Assembly (NCBI RefSeq): GCF_009914755.1
Contig: NC_060944.1
DNA from: the human T2T-CHM13v2.0 reference genome, Homo sapiens
Reading direction: 5' to 3' (one strand)
DNA length: 64,000 bases
A model generated the notes under the pieces. That model was not told where the DNA came from. It did no database searches and worked only from the letters and a program-made list of their open reading frames with translations. Below, one piece after another: positions 14,390 to 30,778 of this stretch (positions are counted from its first letter, which is position 1; the number at the start of each line of letters is the position of its first letter). The translations under genes and the position numbers were made by a program.

Positions 14390-15310
14390 TCTTGCATCAA
14401 CAAGAACTCTTAGTTTTCAATGAGTGAAAACTGTTTTAAATCATTGTAATCTAAAAGAGAAAATTTATTGGTTCATGTAAGTTTAAAGTTCCAATATACC
14501 ATTTGCTTCAGACAGAACTAGATCTAGCAGCTCAAATGACATCATCTGAACTCTTTCTCTCCATCTCTCTTGGCTCTTTTTCATCTTTGTTGCATTCCTG
14601 CTAAATCAAGGCCTCTGTTAGTAGGATGAAGATGGTCATGATCAGCTCCATGTGTATATACTGCCAGCTTAGTAAATTTCCATAGTTCCGACATAATTCC
14701 AGGCTGGATCATTGACTCTGATTGACTTACTTAAATAATGTGATGCTGTGAGTCCCCATCCATAACACATAGATTGATACTGTGTTGTTTCAAATAAAAT
14801 TCAGTTGCTCTAACCAGAAAACAGTAAAATAAATTCTGAGTATATAAAAACAACATCCATTCACTGTATTCTCTGTAGCAGAGATTGACTGTTTACTAAG
14901 CTAAGTCATTTTCTTCCTAGCGAGATAGCTAGACTACAATTCTCAGGCCTCTTTGAAACAGGTGTGACCATGTGACTGAGTTTCAGCCTATGGAAAGTGG
15001 GCAGAAGTGATACCACAGCTTTCAGGCATGGTCCCTATAACCCTCTCATGGGAGACCCTTCTTTCATTTACTGCTTGCTACCTGAATATTAAACACCAGA
15101 GTGAACTTGATGTTTGTAGGTTGAAGATGACACAACCTCTGTCAGCCTAGATTCCTGATTGGAGCAGAACTTTGAAACCACCCTTCCACACACACAAAAT
15201 TGGTTTTTATGTGAGTGAGAAATAACACAGAAAACAAAAAAAACTACTGTACTCAGCCACTGAGATGTTAGGGTTATTCAATTCTATCAACTAGCATCCG
15301 CTTACACATT
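14390..15310. mobile_element. Two adjacent ancient MaLR/ERVL LTR relics (MLT1/LTR33/LTR16-like)
   Basis: AATTTATTGGTTCATGTAA..CTCTCCATCTCTCTTGGCTCT and CATGTGACTGAGTTTCAGCCTATGGAAAGTGGGCAGAAGTGAT..GCCACTGAGATG. Confidence 0.55.
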
Positions 15311-15459
15311 CTTTAACAGACCTAATATTCCCTGTAATATACCTCAGCTATTCCCCCATGTTAAACAGTTTCTTATTTAGAGCAAAGAACTGTATCCAAC
15401 TAAAAGTTCCATATTGTACCTTACCTCTTTACATTAGATGTGGTGAAGTCCCATTCAGA

Positions 15460-16890
15460 ATTTCTTAAATTTTAGTTTTATATGTTTTATGTTCTAAAAG
15501 CTTTGTCTACCCCAGAGCTGCAAAGGTTTTCTCTCATTTTTTTGTAGAGGTTTTCCAGTTTTAGATTATACATTTTGAATTAATTTTTGTGTATGACTGA
15601 AGAAAAGGTCAATGTTCATTGTTTTCTCATCAGAATATCTAGTTAATCTAACACCATTTTGTTAAAAAAGTTTTCTTCCTTAATTAAATTGGCTTGGCAA
15701 CTCTGTCAAAAAATGAAGTCATTATATATGTGAGAATCAATGTCTGACCTCTCTTTTCTCTTTCATTGATCTATAAGTCTATCTTTTCACCAGTAGCAAT
15801 CTATTTGAATTACTGTATCCTCATAGTAAAATTAAATTATATAAGGTAAGTCATCTAACTTTAAAAAAATGCTTTATTATTTTATTTCTATCTTTATATA
15901 AATTTTAGACTTTCTCGCACTACAAAATGAAACAGTTTCATCTTATATAATTTCTGCCCAATTCCTAGAATTAATTTCTCCAAGGAATTCTGTTTTTCTT
16001 TACTGGATGATGGTATTAGAAACCAATATCTGGGCACTAGGTGTGCTCAATGTTACTAGGGTGTCAATAAGTTTAGCTTGCAGAGGAAGGAAATAATATG
16101 TGTTCACTAACACATGTATTATACATAGATCTGTAAATATTTTTACATGTACACATCTATATATTAAGCTAAACATGGGTTCAGAATGCTGTCTCATATT
16201 CTAATCCATTAAAATATGGATCATTCTAGTCTCTTATTCTTGCTTATTGCTAACTTCCCATTCCAACAGTGAGAGATCTAGCCTCAACCATCTACCATCT
16301 ATTTACTTGTTTAATTCCAGCCTAGAAGCACAGAAGTATTACAATTTTTACCCCATATCTCATACTACACTCCAGAGATTATATCAAGTTTCTCTCTTAG
16401 TCTTATAGACTTATTTCCAAAACTACGTAGATTAGTACCTTTTCCCCCACTCCATCAGTGAATTGTTTCATACACATAATATAATTAAATTTTTTTGTCA
16501 CTTTCTGCATTCCACCCTGGGATCTCCTGACCTTCTAAATGATTTTTGTGTTTGCATACCTTAAGGTTTACTGTTTGCACTGAAAACCTCTATGGGCTTT
16601 GACAAATGCATAGTGACATGTATCCACAGTTACAGTATCATATACAGAATAGATTCACTGCCATAAAAAGTTTCCTGTGCTTAATGTATTCAATCCTTCT
16701 TCACCTTCTGCTGAACCCCTGGCAACGAATATGATTTTTATACTTACAGTTTTACCTTTTCCAGAATGTTGTAAATTGGAATCATACAGTATACTATAAA
16801 CTTTTCAGACTAGAGTCTTTTACTTAGAAATATCCATCTAAGATTGATACATGTCTTTTGTGATTAATTTTCCTTGTCACTTAAATATTT
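15460..16890 (-). mobile_element. Old L1M (L1MB/MC/MD-type) fragments
   Basis: GGTATTAGAAACCAATATCTGGGCACTAGGTGTGCTC and TTGACAAATGCATAGTGACATGTATCCAC 3'-UTR motifs. Confidence 0.65.
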
Positions 16891-16897
16891 TTCTACT

Positions 16898-17194
16898 TTT
16901 TTTTTTTTTTGAGATAGAGTCTCACTCTGTCGCCCAGGCTGGATTGCAATGATGCAATCTTGGCTCACTGCAACCTCTGCCTCCTGGGTTCAAGCTATTT
17001 TCCTGCCTCAGCCTCCTGAGTAGCTGGGACTATAGGCAAATGCTGCCACATCTGGCTAATTTTTTTTGTATTTTTTTTGTAGAGATAGGGTTTCACCGTG
17101 TGAGCCAGGATGGTCGCAATCTCCCGACCTTGTAACCCGCCTGCCTTGGCCTCCCAAAGTGCTGGGATTACAGGCGTGAGCCACCGCACTGGCC
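16898..17194 (-). mobile_element. Alu (late S/Y-like)
   Basis: Full dimer with poly-T at the left end. Confidence 0.95.
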
Positions 17195-17551
17195 TACCTA
17201 CTTATTTATATTTATTTTAAACTAGCTTTTAGCATGTTGAATATGAAATGTCTAGGTGACAAGTTTGTGGGCTCATTCTACTCAGATTTTCTTCAGCTTC
17301 CTGAACTTGTAGAATAATATTTTTTCTTTTGTTTTCTTTTATTATGATTACACTTTAAGTTTTAGGGTACATGTGCACAATGTGCAGGTTAGTTACATAT
17401 GTATACATGTGCCATGCTGGTGTGCTGCACCCATTAACTCGTCATTTAGCATTAGGTATATCTCCTAATGCTATCCCTCCCCCCTCCCCCCACCCCACAA
17501 CAGTCCCCAGAGTGTGATGTTCCCCTTCCTTTGTCCCTGTGATCTCATTGT

Positions 17552-21402
<3,851 letters not shown>

Positions 21403-21414
21403 TTATTTTGCTTG

Positions 21415-22466
21415 TTAGTTGATGCAGTTTCTTCCTAGCCTCGATGGTCTTTGCAATTTGGCATGATTTTGCAGTGGCTGGTACCAGTTTTTCCTTCCCA
21501 TGTTTAGTGCTTCCTTCAGGAGCTCTTTTAGGGCAGGCCTGGTGGTGACAAAATCTCTCAGCATTTGCTTGTCTGTAAAGTATTCTATTTCTCCTTCACT
21601 TATGAAGCTTAGTTTCGCTGGATATGAAATTCTGGGTTGAAAATTCTTTTCTTTAAGAATGTTGAATATTGGCCCCCACTCTCTTCTGGCTTGTAGAGTT
21701 TCTGCCGAGCGATCCGCTGTTAGTCTGAAGGGCTTCCCTTTGTGGGTAACCCGACCTTTTTCTCTGGCTGTCCTTAACATTTTTTCCTTCATTTCAACTT
21801 TGGTGAATCTGACAATTATGTGTCTTGGAGTTGCTCTTCTCGAGGAGTATCTTTGTGGCATTCTCTGTATTTCCTGAATCTGAATGTTGGCCTGCCTTGC
21901 TAGATTGGGGAAGTTCTCCTGGATAATATCCTGCAGAGTGTTTTCCAACTTGGTTCCATTCTCCCCGTCACTTTCAGGTACACCAATCAGATATAGATTT
22001 GGTCTTTTCATATAGTCCCATATTTCTTGGAGGCTTTGCTCATTTCTTTTTATTCTTTTTTCTCTAAACTTCCCTTCTTGCTTCATTTCATTCATTTCAT
22101 CTTCCATCGCTGATACCCTTTCTTCCAGTTGATTGCATCGGCTCCTGAGGCTTCTGCATTCTTCACGTAGTTCTCGAGGCCTGGCTTTCAGCTCCATCAG
22201 CTCCTTTAAGCACTTCTCTGTATTGGTTATTCTAGTTATACATTTGTCTAAATTTTTTTCAAAGTTTTTAACTTCTTTGCCTTTGGTTTGAATTTCCTCC
22301 TGTAGCTCGGAGTAGTTTGATCATCTGAAGCCTTCTTCTCTCAACTCGTTGAAGTCATTCTCCATCCAGCTTTGTTCCTTTGCTGGTGAGGAACTGTATT
22401 CCTTTGGAGGAGGAGAGGTGCTCTGCTTTTTAGAGTTTCCAATTTTTTGCTCTGTTTTTTCCCCAT
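21415..22466 (-). pseudogene. LINE-1 ORF1p, disrupted
   Basis: ATG at 22466; apparent 1-nt deletion near 22445 and CGA>TGA near 22322; 260-aa C-terminal part open; normal stop TAA>CAA gives read-through to 21415. Confidence 0.9.
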
Positions 22467-23498
22467 CTTTGTGGTTTTATCTACTTTTGGTCTTTGATGA
22501 TGGTGATGTACAGATGGGTTTTTGGTGTGGATGTCCTTTCTGTTTGTTAGTTTTCTTTCTAACAGACAAGACCCTCAGCTGCAGGTCTGTTGGGGTTTGC
22601 TAGAGGTCCACTCCAGACCCTGTTTGCCTGGGTAACAGCAGCAGGAGCTGCAGAACAGCGGATTTTTGTGAACCGCGAATGCTGCTGTCTGATAGTTCCT
22701 CTGGAAGTTTTGTCTCAGAGGAGTACCTGGCCGTGTGAGGTGTCAGTCTGCCCCTACTGGGGGGTGCCTCCCAGTTAGGCTGCTCGGGGGTCAGGGGTCA
22801 GGGACCCACTTGAGGAGGCAGTCTGCCTGTTCTCAGATCTCCAGCTGCGTGCTGCGAGAACCACTGCTCTCTTCAAAGCTGTCAGACAGGGACATTTAAG
22901 TCTGCAGAGGTTACTGCTGTCTTTTTGTTTGTCTGTGCCCTGCCCCCAGAGGTGGAGCCTACAGATGTAGGCAGGCCTCCTTGAGCTGTGGTGGGCTCCA
23001 CCCAGTTCGAGCTTCCCTGCTGCTTTGTTTACCTAAGCAAGCCTGGGCAATGGTGGGCGCCCCTCCCCCAGCCTCGCTGCCACCTTGCAGTTTGATCTCA
23101 GACTGCTGTGCTATCAATCAGCGAGACTCCTTGGGTGTAGGACCCTCCGAGCCAGGTGCAGGATATAATCTCCTGGTGTGCCGTTTTTTAAGCCCTTCGG
23201 AAAAGCGCAGTATTAGGGTGGGAGTGACCCGATTTTCCAGGTGCCGTCTGTCACCCCTTTCTTTGACTAGGAAAGGGAACTCCCTGACCCCTTGCACTTC
23301 CCGAGTGAGGCAGTGCCTTGCCCTGCTTCAGCTGGTGCACAGTGCGCTGCATCCACTGTCCTGTGCCCACTGTCTGGCACTCCCTAGTGAGATGAACCCA
23401 GTACCTCAGATGGAAATGCAGAAATCACCCATCTTCTGCGTCGCTCACGCTGGGAGCTGTAGACCAGAGCTGTTCCTATTGGGCCATCTTGGCTGCCC
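22467..23498 (-). promoter_or_regulatory. L1 5'UTR internal sense/antisense promoter with YY1 site (CAAGATGGCC, 23482-23491) and the 129-bp ZNF93-bound segment (~22594-22722)
   Basis: Motifs read directly; function assumed from established L1 biology. Confidence 0.75.
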
Positions 23499-23502
23499 TT
23501 AA
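23050..23502 (+). CDS. LINE-1 antisense ORF0, open and C-terminally extended (150 aa)
   Basis: MVGAPPPASLPPCSLISDCC..RVGVTRFSRC matches ORF0; Kozak gcaATGg; donor-like GT at 23156 and 23241. Expression is unknown. Confidence 0.6.
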   Translation: MVGAPPPASLPPCSLISDCCAINQRDSLGVGPSEPGAGYNLLVCRFLSPSEKRSIRVGVTRFSRCRLSPLSLTRKGNSLTPCTSRVRQCLALLQLVHSALHPLSCAHCLALPSEMNPVPQMEMQKSPIFCVAHAGSCRPELFLLGHLGCP

Positions 23503-23508
23503 TATTTT

Positions 23509-24830
23509 CTAGCAAATTTGGAAGATTTTTCTACCATGTTTTCTTCAAATAATTTTTCTACCCTTTCTTTGTCTGTTGAACTCCAATCATATGTATGTTT
23601 AGATATTTAGTATTGTCCTTCATGTTTCAAATACTGTGTTCATTTTTCTTCAATATATTTTGTCTGTTATTTGGACTGTATGATTTTTGTTATTCTATAC
23701 TCAAGCTCTTGATTTTTTGCTATGTCAGGTCTGCTTTTGCACTCATCTAATACATTTCTTGAAATTTTTATTATTGTTCTTTTTAGATCTAATTTTTTGT
23801 TTATTTTTTATAGTTTCCACTTCTCTGTGACAAGTTCTCATTTATTAACTTATCATTGTCATAATCTCTTTAATTATTTGAACATATTTTTCTTTAATTC
23901 TCTGTACATAATTTTAATGTGTGCATTGAAGTGTTCATCTGCACAGTCCAAAATATTGTCCCACTTAGACTCTGTTTCTATTGCCCTCTTATTTTCATAG
24001 CATGGGAAATACTTCTCTGTGTTTTTACAAGTCGAATTGTTTTTTATTTTAAGCTACACTTTTTAGACAACAGATTGTTGCAACTCTGGATTCTGTTTTA
24101 TTCTTCCAGGGACTGTTAATGTTTTTCTTTGTAGGCACATACTTTGCCTGGTCTCACACTGTAAAGTCTGTCTCCTTCACTCAGAGCAGTCACAGATATC
24201 TATACTGAAGTTTCATTTGTTTGCTTATTTGTTTACTAGCTCCCTAGTTCTCTCCCTTTTGCTGTTGTAATTAGCAGTCAACCACTGATGTGGACAGAGG
24301 TTGTGCTCAGCAATATGAAGGCGGTAAATCCTTTACCCACTGTTGCTTAAGTTTTATGTGGGTTGAGGAATTCATTTAGATGTGTGGGTTGATTCCTGAG
24401 TGTCCCAGGGCTTTGAATTTTTACCAGACTCCCTCCTTTCCATGTATACATTATTTTAAAAATCAGGTAGAAATGTATGAAGAGTATATTCTTTCAGCCC
24501 TTCTACAGCTCTCTCTAACTTCAATTTACATTTCCAGCTGTTCTGCTACCTGCCACTACTTCTGGCTAGTAGAACTTTGAGTTTTGTATTGCTCAAGCTG
24601 GGAGAGACAGAAATGTCTGCAGGCAAGATGGCCACAAATCTACTATCCTTACTTGTAGCAACAGGGTTGCCCATGAGTAAACACTTCGCAAGTTGTTGCT
24701 GTGTCTAGTTATTTTCCAGTGCCCTGTAATAAGTTTTTCTTCTTAAAATAATTTTGTATATTTGTATGCTTGTTGTATATAGAGGGTAATTGCCTGAATT
24801 GCTAATGCTGCCTTTCTGGTAGCAGAAATG
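23509..24830 (-). mobile_element. Old L1M ORF1/5' region (continuation of ~17200-17320)
   Basis: CAAATTTGGAAGATTTTTCTACCATGTTTTCTTCAAATA antisense ORF1 motif is continuous across the young L1's TSD. Confidence 0.6.
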
Positions 24831-25343
24831 AATATTTTTTTAAAAAACTAATATTTTCCAGTGGTTGAAAATGCAATAAACATGCAGATTAGAGTGAAAA
24901 GTCTTCTTTCAGCTTTGTCTCTCAGCCACCCTGGAAGAGAATCAACAAATTTCAGTAAATTACTATTATCCTTCCAGGGATATTTTATGCATATATTTGC
25001 TGTGTGTACATACATTAATTTTTCTTTTTTTTCACAAATTGTTCTGCATCTTTTTTCCTATAAGAAATATCAACAAATAAATATAATTCTTAATGTTATG
25101 CATATCTATTTCACTGAATATATGTATATTAAATTTTATATATTCAACATGTATAAACATTTCGACTTCTAAAATCTTTATTATGAACAATGTTACAATG
25201 AATAAAATAATAGATAACTGTATTAGTTGTATATTCATGTGTAACAAGTTACTTAGAACATTAGAAAGTTTTTGAGTCAGAAATTCAGGTGTAGTTTTGT
25301 TGGGTGTTCCTGACTCTGTGTCTCTAAAGAGAGCAGATTTTCT

Positions 25344-25676
25344 TTTTTTTATTTTATTATACTTTAAGTTCTAGGGTATATGTGCACAATGTGCAGGTTT
25401 GTTACATATGTATACATGTGCCATGTCGGTGTGCTGCACCCATTAACTTGTCATTTACATTAGGTATATCTCCTAAAGCTATCCCTCCCCCCTCCCCCCT
25501 CCCCCCACCCCACAACAGGCCCCAGGTGTGTGATGTTCCCCACCCTGTGTCCAAGTGTTCTCATTGTTCGTTTCCCACCTATGAGTGAGAACATGTGGTG
25601 TTTGGTTTTCTGTCCTGGCAATTACGCAGCCATAAAAAAGGATGAGTTCATGTCCTTTGTAGGGACATGGATGAAG
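25344..25676 (-). mobile_element. Short L1PA (about PA5) 3' fragment with 5' inversion (twin priming), 17-bp TSD
   Basis: TSD AAGAGAGCAGATTTTCT at 25327-25343 and 25674-25690; inverted piece 25621-25676. Confidence 0.92.
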
Positions 25677-27199
25677 AGAGCAGATTTTCTGTCTATCTCT
25701 GGTCAACCTTCAGGTTTAGTGTCTGTTTTCTTTTACTAATAAAGCTTTCAAGTTTTATCCATGCATCATATATACACATAATATTACTTCATTCCTTTTT
25801 AGAGCTGAATAACATTCCACAATGTGAATATACCAGTTTGTTTATTGCTTCATCAGTTAATGAGTGTTTTAGTTATTTCTACCTTTTCTCTATTGTGAAT
25901 CATGTTGCTATGAACGTTTCAGTAAATGCATGTATATGTTTGAGTGTGTTTGTGTGTGTTTGTGTTTGTGTACATGTTTTAAATCCAATTGGATATATGC
26001 CTAGAGTGAAATTGCTGGGTTATAAGGTAACTCTACCATTACCCTTTTAAGAAATGGCATTGATTTCTATACTTTAATTTACTGACATTACCAACTAATA
26101 TTTTCAAGTTCATGAGTGTATGAAAACCATTAGCAATATTAGAGTAGTTTATGTTTAGCAAGCAAATTGCTATTCCTTTACCCACAATTTATTTATTTAA
26201 TTTATTCAATAAATGTTCAAGAAAAAGAATTAGAGAGAGAAAAATACTAAAAATTGATCAAGCAAGTGCATCATGTATTTTACAGAACATATATACTGTG
26301 ATAAACATGGGAGACTATTTGTACCTCTACTTTCAAATCAAGAATAAGGAGCTCATTTTGTATCAATTATACGTAGAAGGCATCTTCTCCCTGTGATGGT
26401 TCATGGGTGTGTCAGCTCAATTGTATTCTGTTGTTTTTGAGAATGGTGGCAATATGCTTTTGTTTGAAAACCAAAGAACATTCCATGTGATATTATTCTC
26501 CTTGATTTCTGTGATTTTTCTCATTGAATACATGTTGGAGAAAAACATTGTTTTTCTACTTGGACTGCTTTGCTATTTTGCATCAAGACAACCAATACTT
26601 CATTGGACAAATCAGAATTGCATGTAAAACAATAGTGATTTTCGACTGTGATTTTGGCAGCAGGTTTTGTGTTGAAATATTTTATCTTTATTTTGATTCT
26701 GAGCTTTTGTGTTTTTAGTTGTTGTTCCTTCAAATATGTAGTTTAGGTATAAATGTTTGCAGATGTTCCAAGCTTGATTTATTAAAATGGTTTCAGTACA
26801 AATCCCTTATGCAATTAAATACCTATTCATGGTTTCTTTTTTTTTTTTTTTTACAATGAAATGTTAACAAATAGCTTTAACATAATAGCATAATAGTTTA
26901 GGGAAAACTTGAGTGCAAGTGGCTAATAGATATGAGCTGGTGTGATCTTATGAAAAAATACCATTTTTTCTTTGCTCTGATTAAAAGGTAGTGTGTGCGC
27001 ATCGTAGAGAATTTTGAAAACACGGAAAGGTACAAAGCATAAATATTACTTTTAAGTCCCACACTCAGAAATAAACACTCAATTATTTGCTATTTGTTTT
27101 CCAATATTTTCCTTAAGCTTATTAATCTTGAAATTCAGAAATTTCACCTGATTTGTCTCAATAAGAGTCTCTTTTTATGAATTTTGCTACAATAGAATA

Positions 27200-27355
27200 T
27201 GTATCATGTTACTTTCTGCTTAGCATCTTCCTTGACTAGCTCCCCATCAGACTTAATTAAAAAATCCAAAGTCTTTAACCCAGCTTACACAGTGTACACA
27301 AATTTCAGAGTTCTCGTGATTTGACCCATGTATAGGTCTACAACTTTATCTCCAT
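27200..27355 (+). mobile_element. L2 fragment amid old L1ME-like sequence (~27100-28400)
   Basis: CATGTTACTTTCTGCTTA..CTCCCCAT..AAAATCCAAAGTCTTTAACC. Confidence 0.5.
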
Positions 27356-28819
27356 TAAATAAATAAGTTGGTATTTTAGATCTGAAAACTCAGATGTTGT
27401 TGTTCTTGATGTTTTAATGTATAGAAATATTATTCTACTTTTTGTTCTGTTATTTCCTGTCCACCTATCATTCCTGTCCTTCTGAAGTTCCTATTCTGTG
27501 TATATTTGACCCCTGGTATCGTTGCTACATGCCTTTTTGCCTTATTTTAAAATTCATCAAATGATATTACTTATTTGTAATCTTAGCTCCAGATCATGTC
27601 TTATTGTTAATTAGGTTGAACAATTTTTCCCCTGGAAGTATTAGACAATTGCTTTTGTTAAACTGATGTCTTTTCATACCTTTCCCCCAATATTGACGTG
27701 TCCTCTTATTATAAGATATTTACACAGGAAGAATACCCTTTGCTTGTATTACATAATATTTTGTCATTTGCCACCTATTTAAAGTATTTTTGCTATAAAA
27801 TCATTTAATTTTTTCATATAGTCCAGTATATATTTTTGTTTAACTTCAAGATTTATTTTTGAATATTAGGCCTAAAATACCTTTTATTATTTTGCCTAAT
27901 AAAATATTATATAAACATTTAGCTATAATATTTCTGGTAATGTTCTTGTTTTCTTTTTCAGTATGTTACTTTTAAATACTGCTGAAATTTGTGTATAGTG
28001 GGAACTTGTTATTTTTTCTCAAGTGATTAACCAATTTTCCTCCTGAAATAGTAACTCAGTAATCTGATAATTTTCAAATATTTTGAAATATTATGTTTTA
28101 ATATACTAAGTTCTCATGTGTACTTGTTAGTTTTCTGGGCCTTTTCCTTTTTGCTAGTGATTTACCTTCCTAGGTTATAGCTTGTGATATACACTTCTAA
28201 AATTATTTTTATTTTAATACGTTTTAACCCCTTGTTATACCACATCTCAGTGATTCTCATATATTTATTCTTCCACATAAAGAGTTTTGTCATTCATGTT
28301 CTTAAAAAAAACTTGCTAAGGTTTTACTTGAAATTGAGCTAAATTCTTAAGTTTGGGGGATAAAAATGATGTTTATATAATGTCATATCTTCCTATCCAG
28401 AAGCATGTTTATTTTTTATTGTTTTTTTTTTTAATTTGGCATTATATATTTCAATTATACAGATACAGTTTATAGTTTTTCTTTTATCTATACACAATCT
28501 TTCCGGTTCTCTGAGTGCCCCTTCTTCACATACAAAACCTCCTCTTGTCTTTAACTGAGGCTCTTTCTGTTTTACATTTCCACATTTGATTACATCTCTT
28601 CCTCTTTCCATTCAGGGTGCATCTCCGCCATTCCATGTGACATCTTTTATTCTTAAAAGTACTTTTTATGTTTCTATTTTAAATATTTTAATATATTTTT
28701 CCTTTTGTTTTAAATCCTGTTTAACAATATTTAGAATAGAAAGCTGGCATTGTCTACAGTGAATTTTTTCATTTCCTTCAATAAAACAATTGTACATTTT
28801 GAGTGCAAATTATTTATTT

Positions 28820-29045
28820 CTATCATACTGCCTTTGACCTTTACAGTCTTACTACCAGCCTTGATCCCTCAGTGGCCTCCCTACCATGCATACAATTTTG
28901 CTCAGCCAAACGTTATAGCTTTTACAGCTCGGCTTGGATACTCATTTTTCTTTCTTTGATTCTCCCACTCTAGACTAAGTGACTGCTCACTCTACACTCA
29001 GGGTCCAGTACACTATGCCTCTAGTAGTTGAATTGTCACATTTGT
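28820..29045 (+). mobile_element. L2 3'-region fragment, apparently internally deleted
   Basis: CCAGCCTTGATCCCTC..TGCTCAGCCAAAC.. then jumps to CCCACTCTAGACTAAG.. Confidence 0.4.
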
Positions 29046-29243
29046 TCACCTTATTTAGATAATTTAGATTCCAATTTTCAAGTTCATTTAATCTGTATTT
29101 TACCCTTTAATATTGAAATCATTTTAATAATTTAAAACAATGTTTTTTTAAAAAATCTGGATTATAACAATGTGATTTGTGATTTTTTTCTGAAATGAGG
29201 ACAGAAAAAATATATGAAATTTTATAAATGTAAAAGAATTTAT

Positions 29244-29602
29244 GGCTGGGCAATTTATGGTTCATGCCTGTGATCCCAGCACTGTGGGAGGCTAAGGCAG
29301 GAGGATCCCTTGAGGCCCAGAATTTGAGATTAGCCTGGACAACATAGCAAGACCCATTTCTGCAAAAAAATAAATAGCCAGGCTTGGTGGTATGTACCTG
29401 TAGTCCTTGCTACTCAGGAGGCTGGGGTGAGACAATTGCTTGAGGCCAGGAGTTTGAGGCTGCAGTGAGCTATGATCACAACAACCTGGTCCCTGGAATG
29501 CTCTCCTTAGACCCCATCCATGCTTTCTAAATTCCTACTATCCTTCTAGAACACTGCACTCCAGTCTGGGCAACAGAGTGAGACCCTGACTCAAACAAAA
29601 AA
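29244..29602 (+). mobile_element. AluJ with ~70-bp foreign insert (29481-29551)
   Basis: J diagnostics GGAGGATC.CTTGAG and GAGGCTGCAGTGAGCTATGAT; Alu resumes at CACTGCACTCCAG. Confidence 0.92.
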
Positions 29603-29611
29603 TATTATGTA

Positions 29612-29954
29612 TAGTCATATGCTGCTTAATGACATTTGGTTGACAGGCCACATAAACAACTGCTATCTCACAAGATTATAATACTGTGTTTTTACTGTAA
29701 CTTTTCTATTTTTAGATATATTTACATACACAGACACTTACCATTGTCTTACAGTTGCTTCTAGTATCCAGTACAGTAACAGGCTGTATAGATTTGTAGC
29801 CTAGGAGCAGTAGGCTATACCGTATAGCCTAAGTGTACAGTAGGTTACACCATCTAGGTTTGTGTAAGTATGCTCTATGATGTTCACACAATCACTAATT
29901 GCCTAATGACACATTTCTCAAAACATCTCCCCATTGTTAAGCAACACATACCTG
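29612..29954 (+). mobile_element. Tigger3a/MER7A-type non-autonomous DNA transposon
   Basis: Decayed TIRs (AGTCATATGCTGCTTAATGAC / GTTAAGCAACACATACCTG); internal TAGCCTAGGAGCAGTAGGCTATACCGTATAGCCTA. Confidence 0.85.
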
Positions 29955-30480
29955 TTTGTCATTACTTGTCCAAACATGGCACTCAGGCATGTACAATAAT
30001 AATCAAATTTAGTACTTTTTGTTGTTTTGCCAACTTTCAATCATACAAAATTTTGAATTTAAATATTTAAAACATTGTTATTCAGACTACATACTTGTCA
30101 AAATAGAAAGATCAAATATATTTCATTTAATGAAATGTTAGTTGAACTTATAACTGTAACATATTTAGACATAGGATCTGTGGATGTCTATTTGTGTGTT
30201 GGGTGGGAAGAAAGATGATGGACAAGTAAAATTGTTTTTGAACCTTCTGTAGATTTTAATATAGCAGTGTGGATGTTGATATCCTGGTGGGAAAGAAGCG
30301 CCTGCTGTAGAAATAAAAATTTGGAGAAAGTGGTGTCCATATCTGTGTGTGTGTATTTCCCCAGTGGTTCTGTTTGGAACACTTCCAACTATTTTTCAAA
30401 ATGAAAATGGTGGCCAGGGTACTTGTATATTGTATATAGGTAATTGTTATTCACTGTTCCAAATGCTGCTGAATCTTTGC

Positions 30481-30778
30481 TTTTTTTTTTTTTTTTGAGA
30501 CAGAGTCTTGCTCTGTCACCCAGGCTGGAGTTCAGTGGTGCAGTCTTAGCTCATGGAACCTCTGCCTCCCAGATTCAAGCAATTCTCCTGCCTCAGCCTC
30601 CCGAGTAGCTGGGGCTACAGGTGCGTGCCACCATGCTTGGCTAACTTTGTTTTGTATTTTTAGTAGAGACGGGGTTTCACCGTGTTAGCCAGGATGGTCT
30701 CGATCTCCTGACCTCGTGATCCACCTGCCTTGGCCTCCCAAAGTGCTGGGATTACAGTCATGAGCCGCCACACCCGGC
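30481..30778 (-). mobile_element. Alu (AluSc8/Y-like)
   Basis: Full dimer; approximate TSD TGAATCTTT/TGTATCTTT. Confidence 0.95.
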
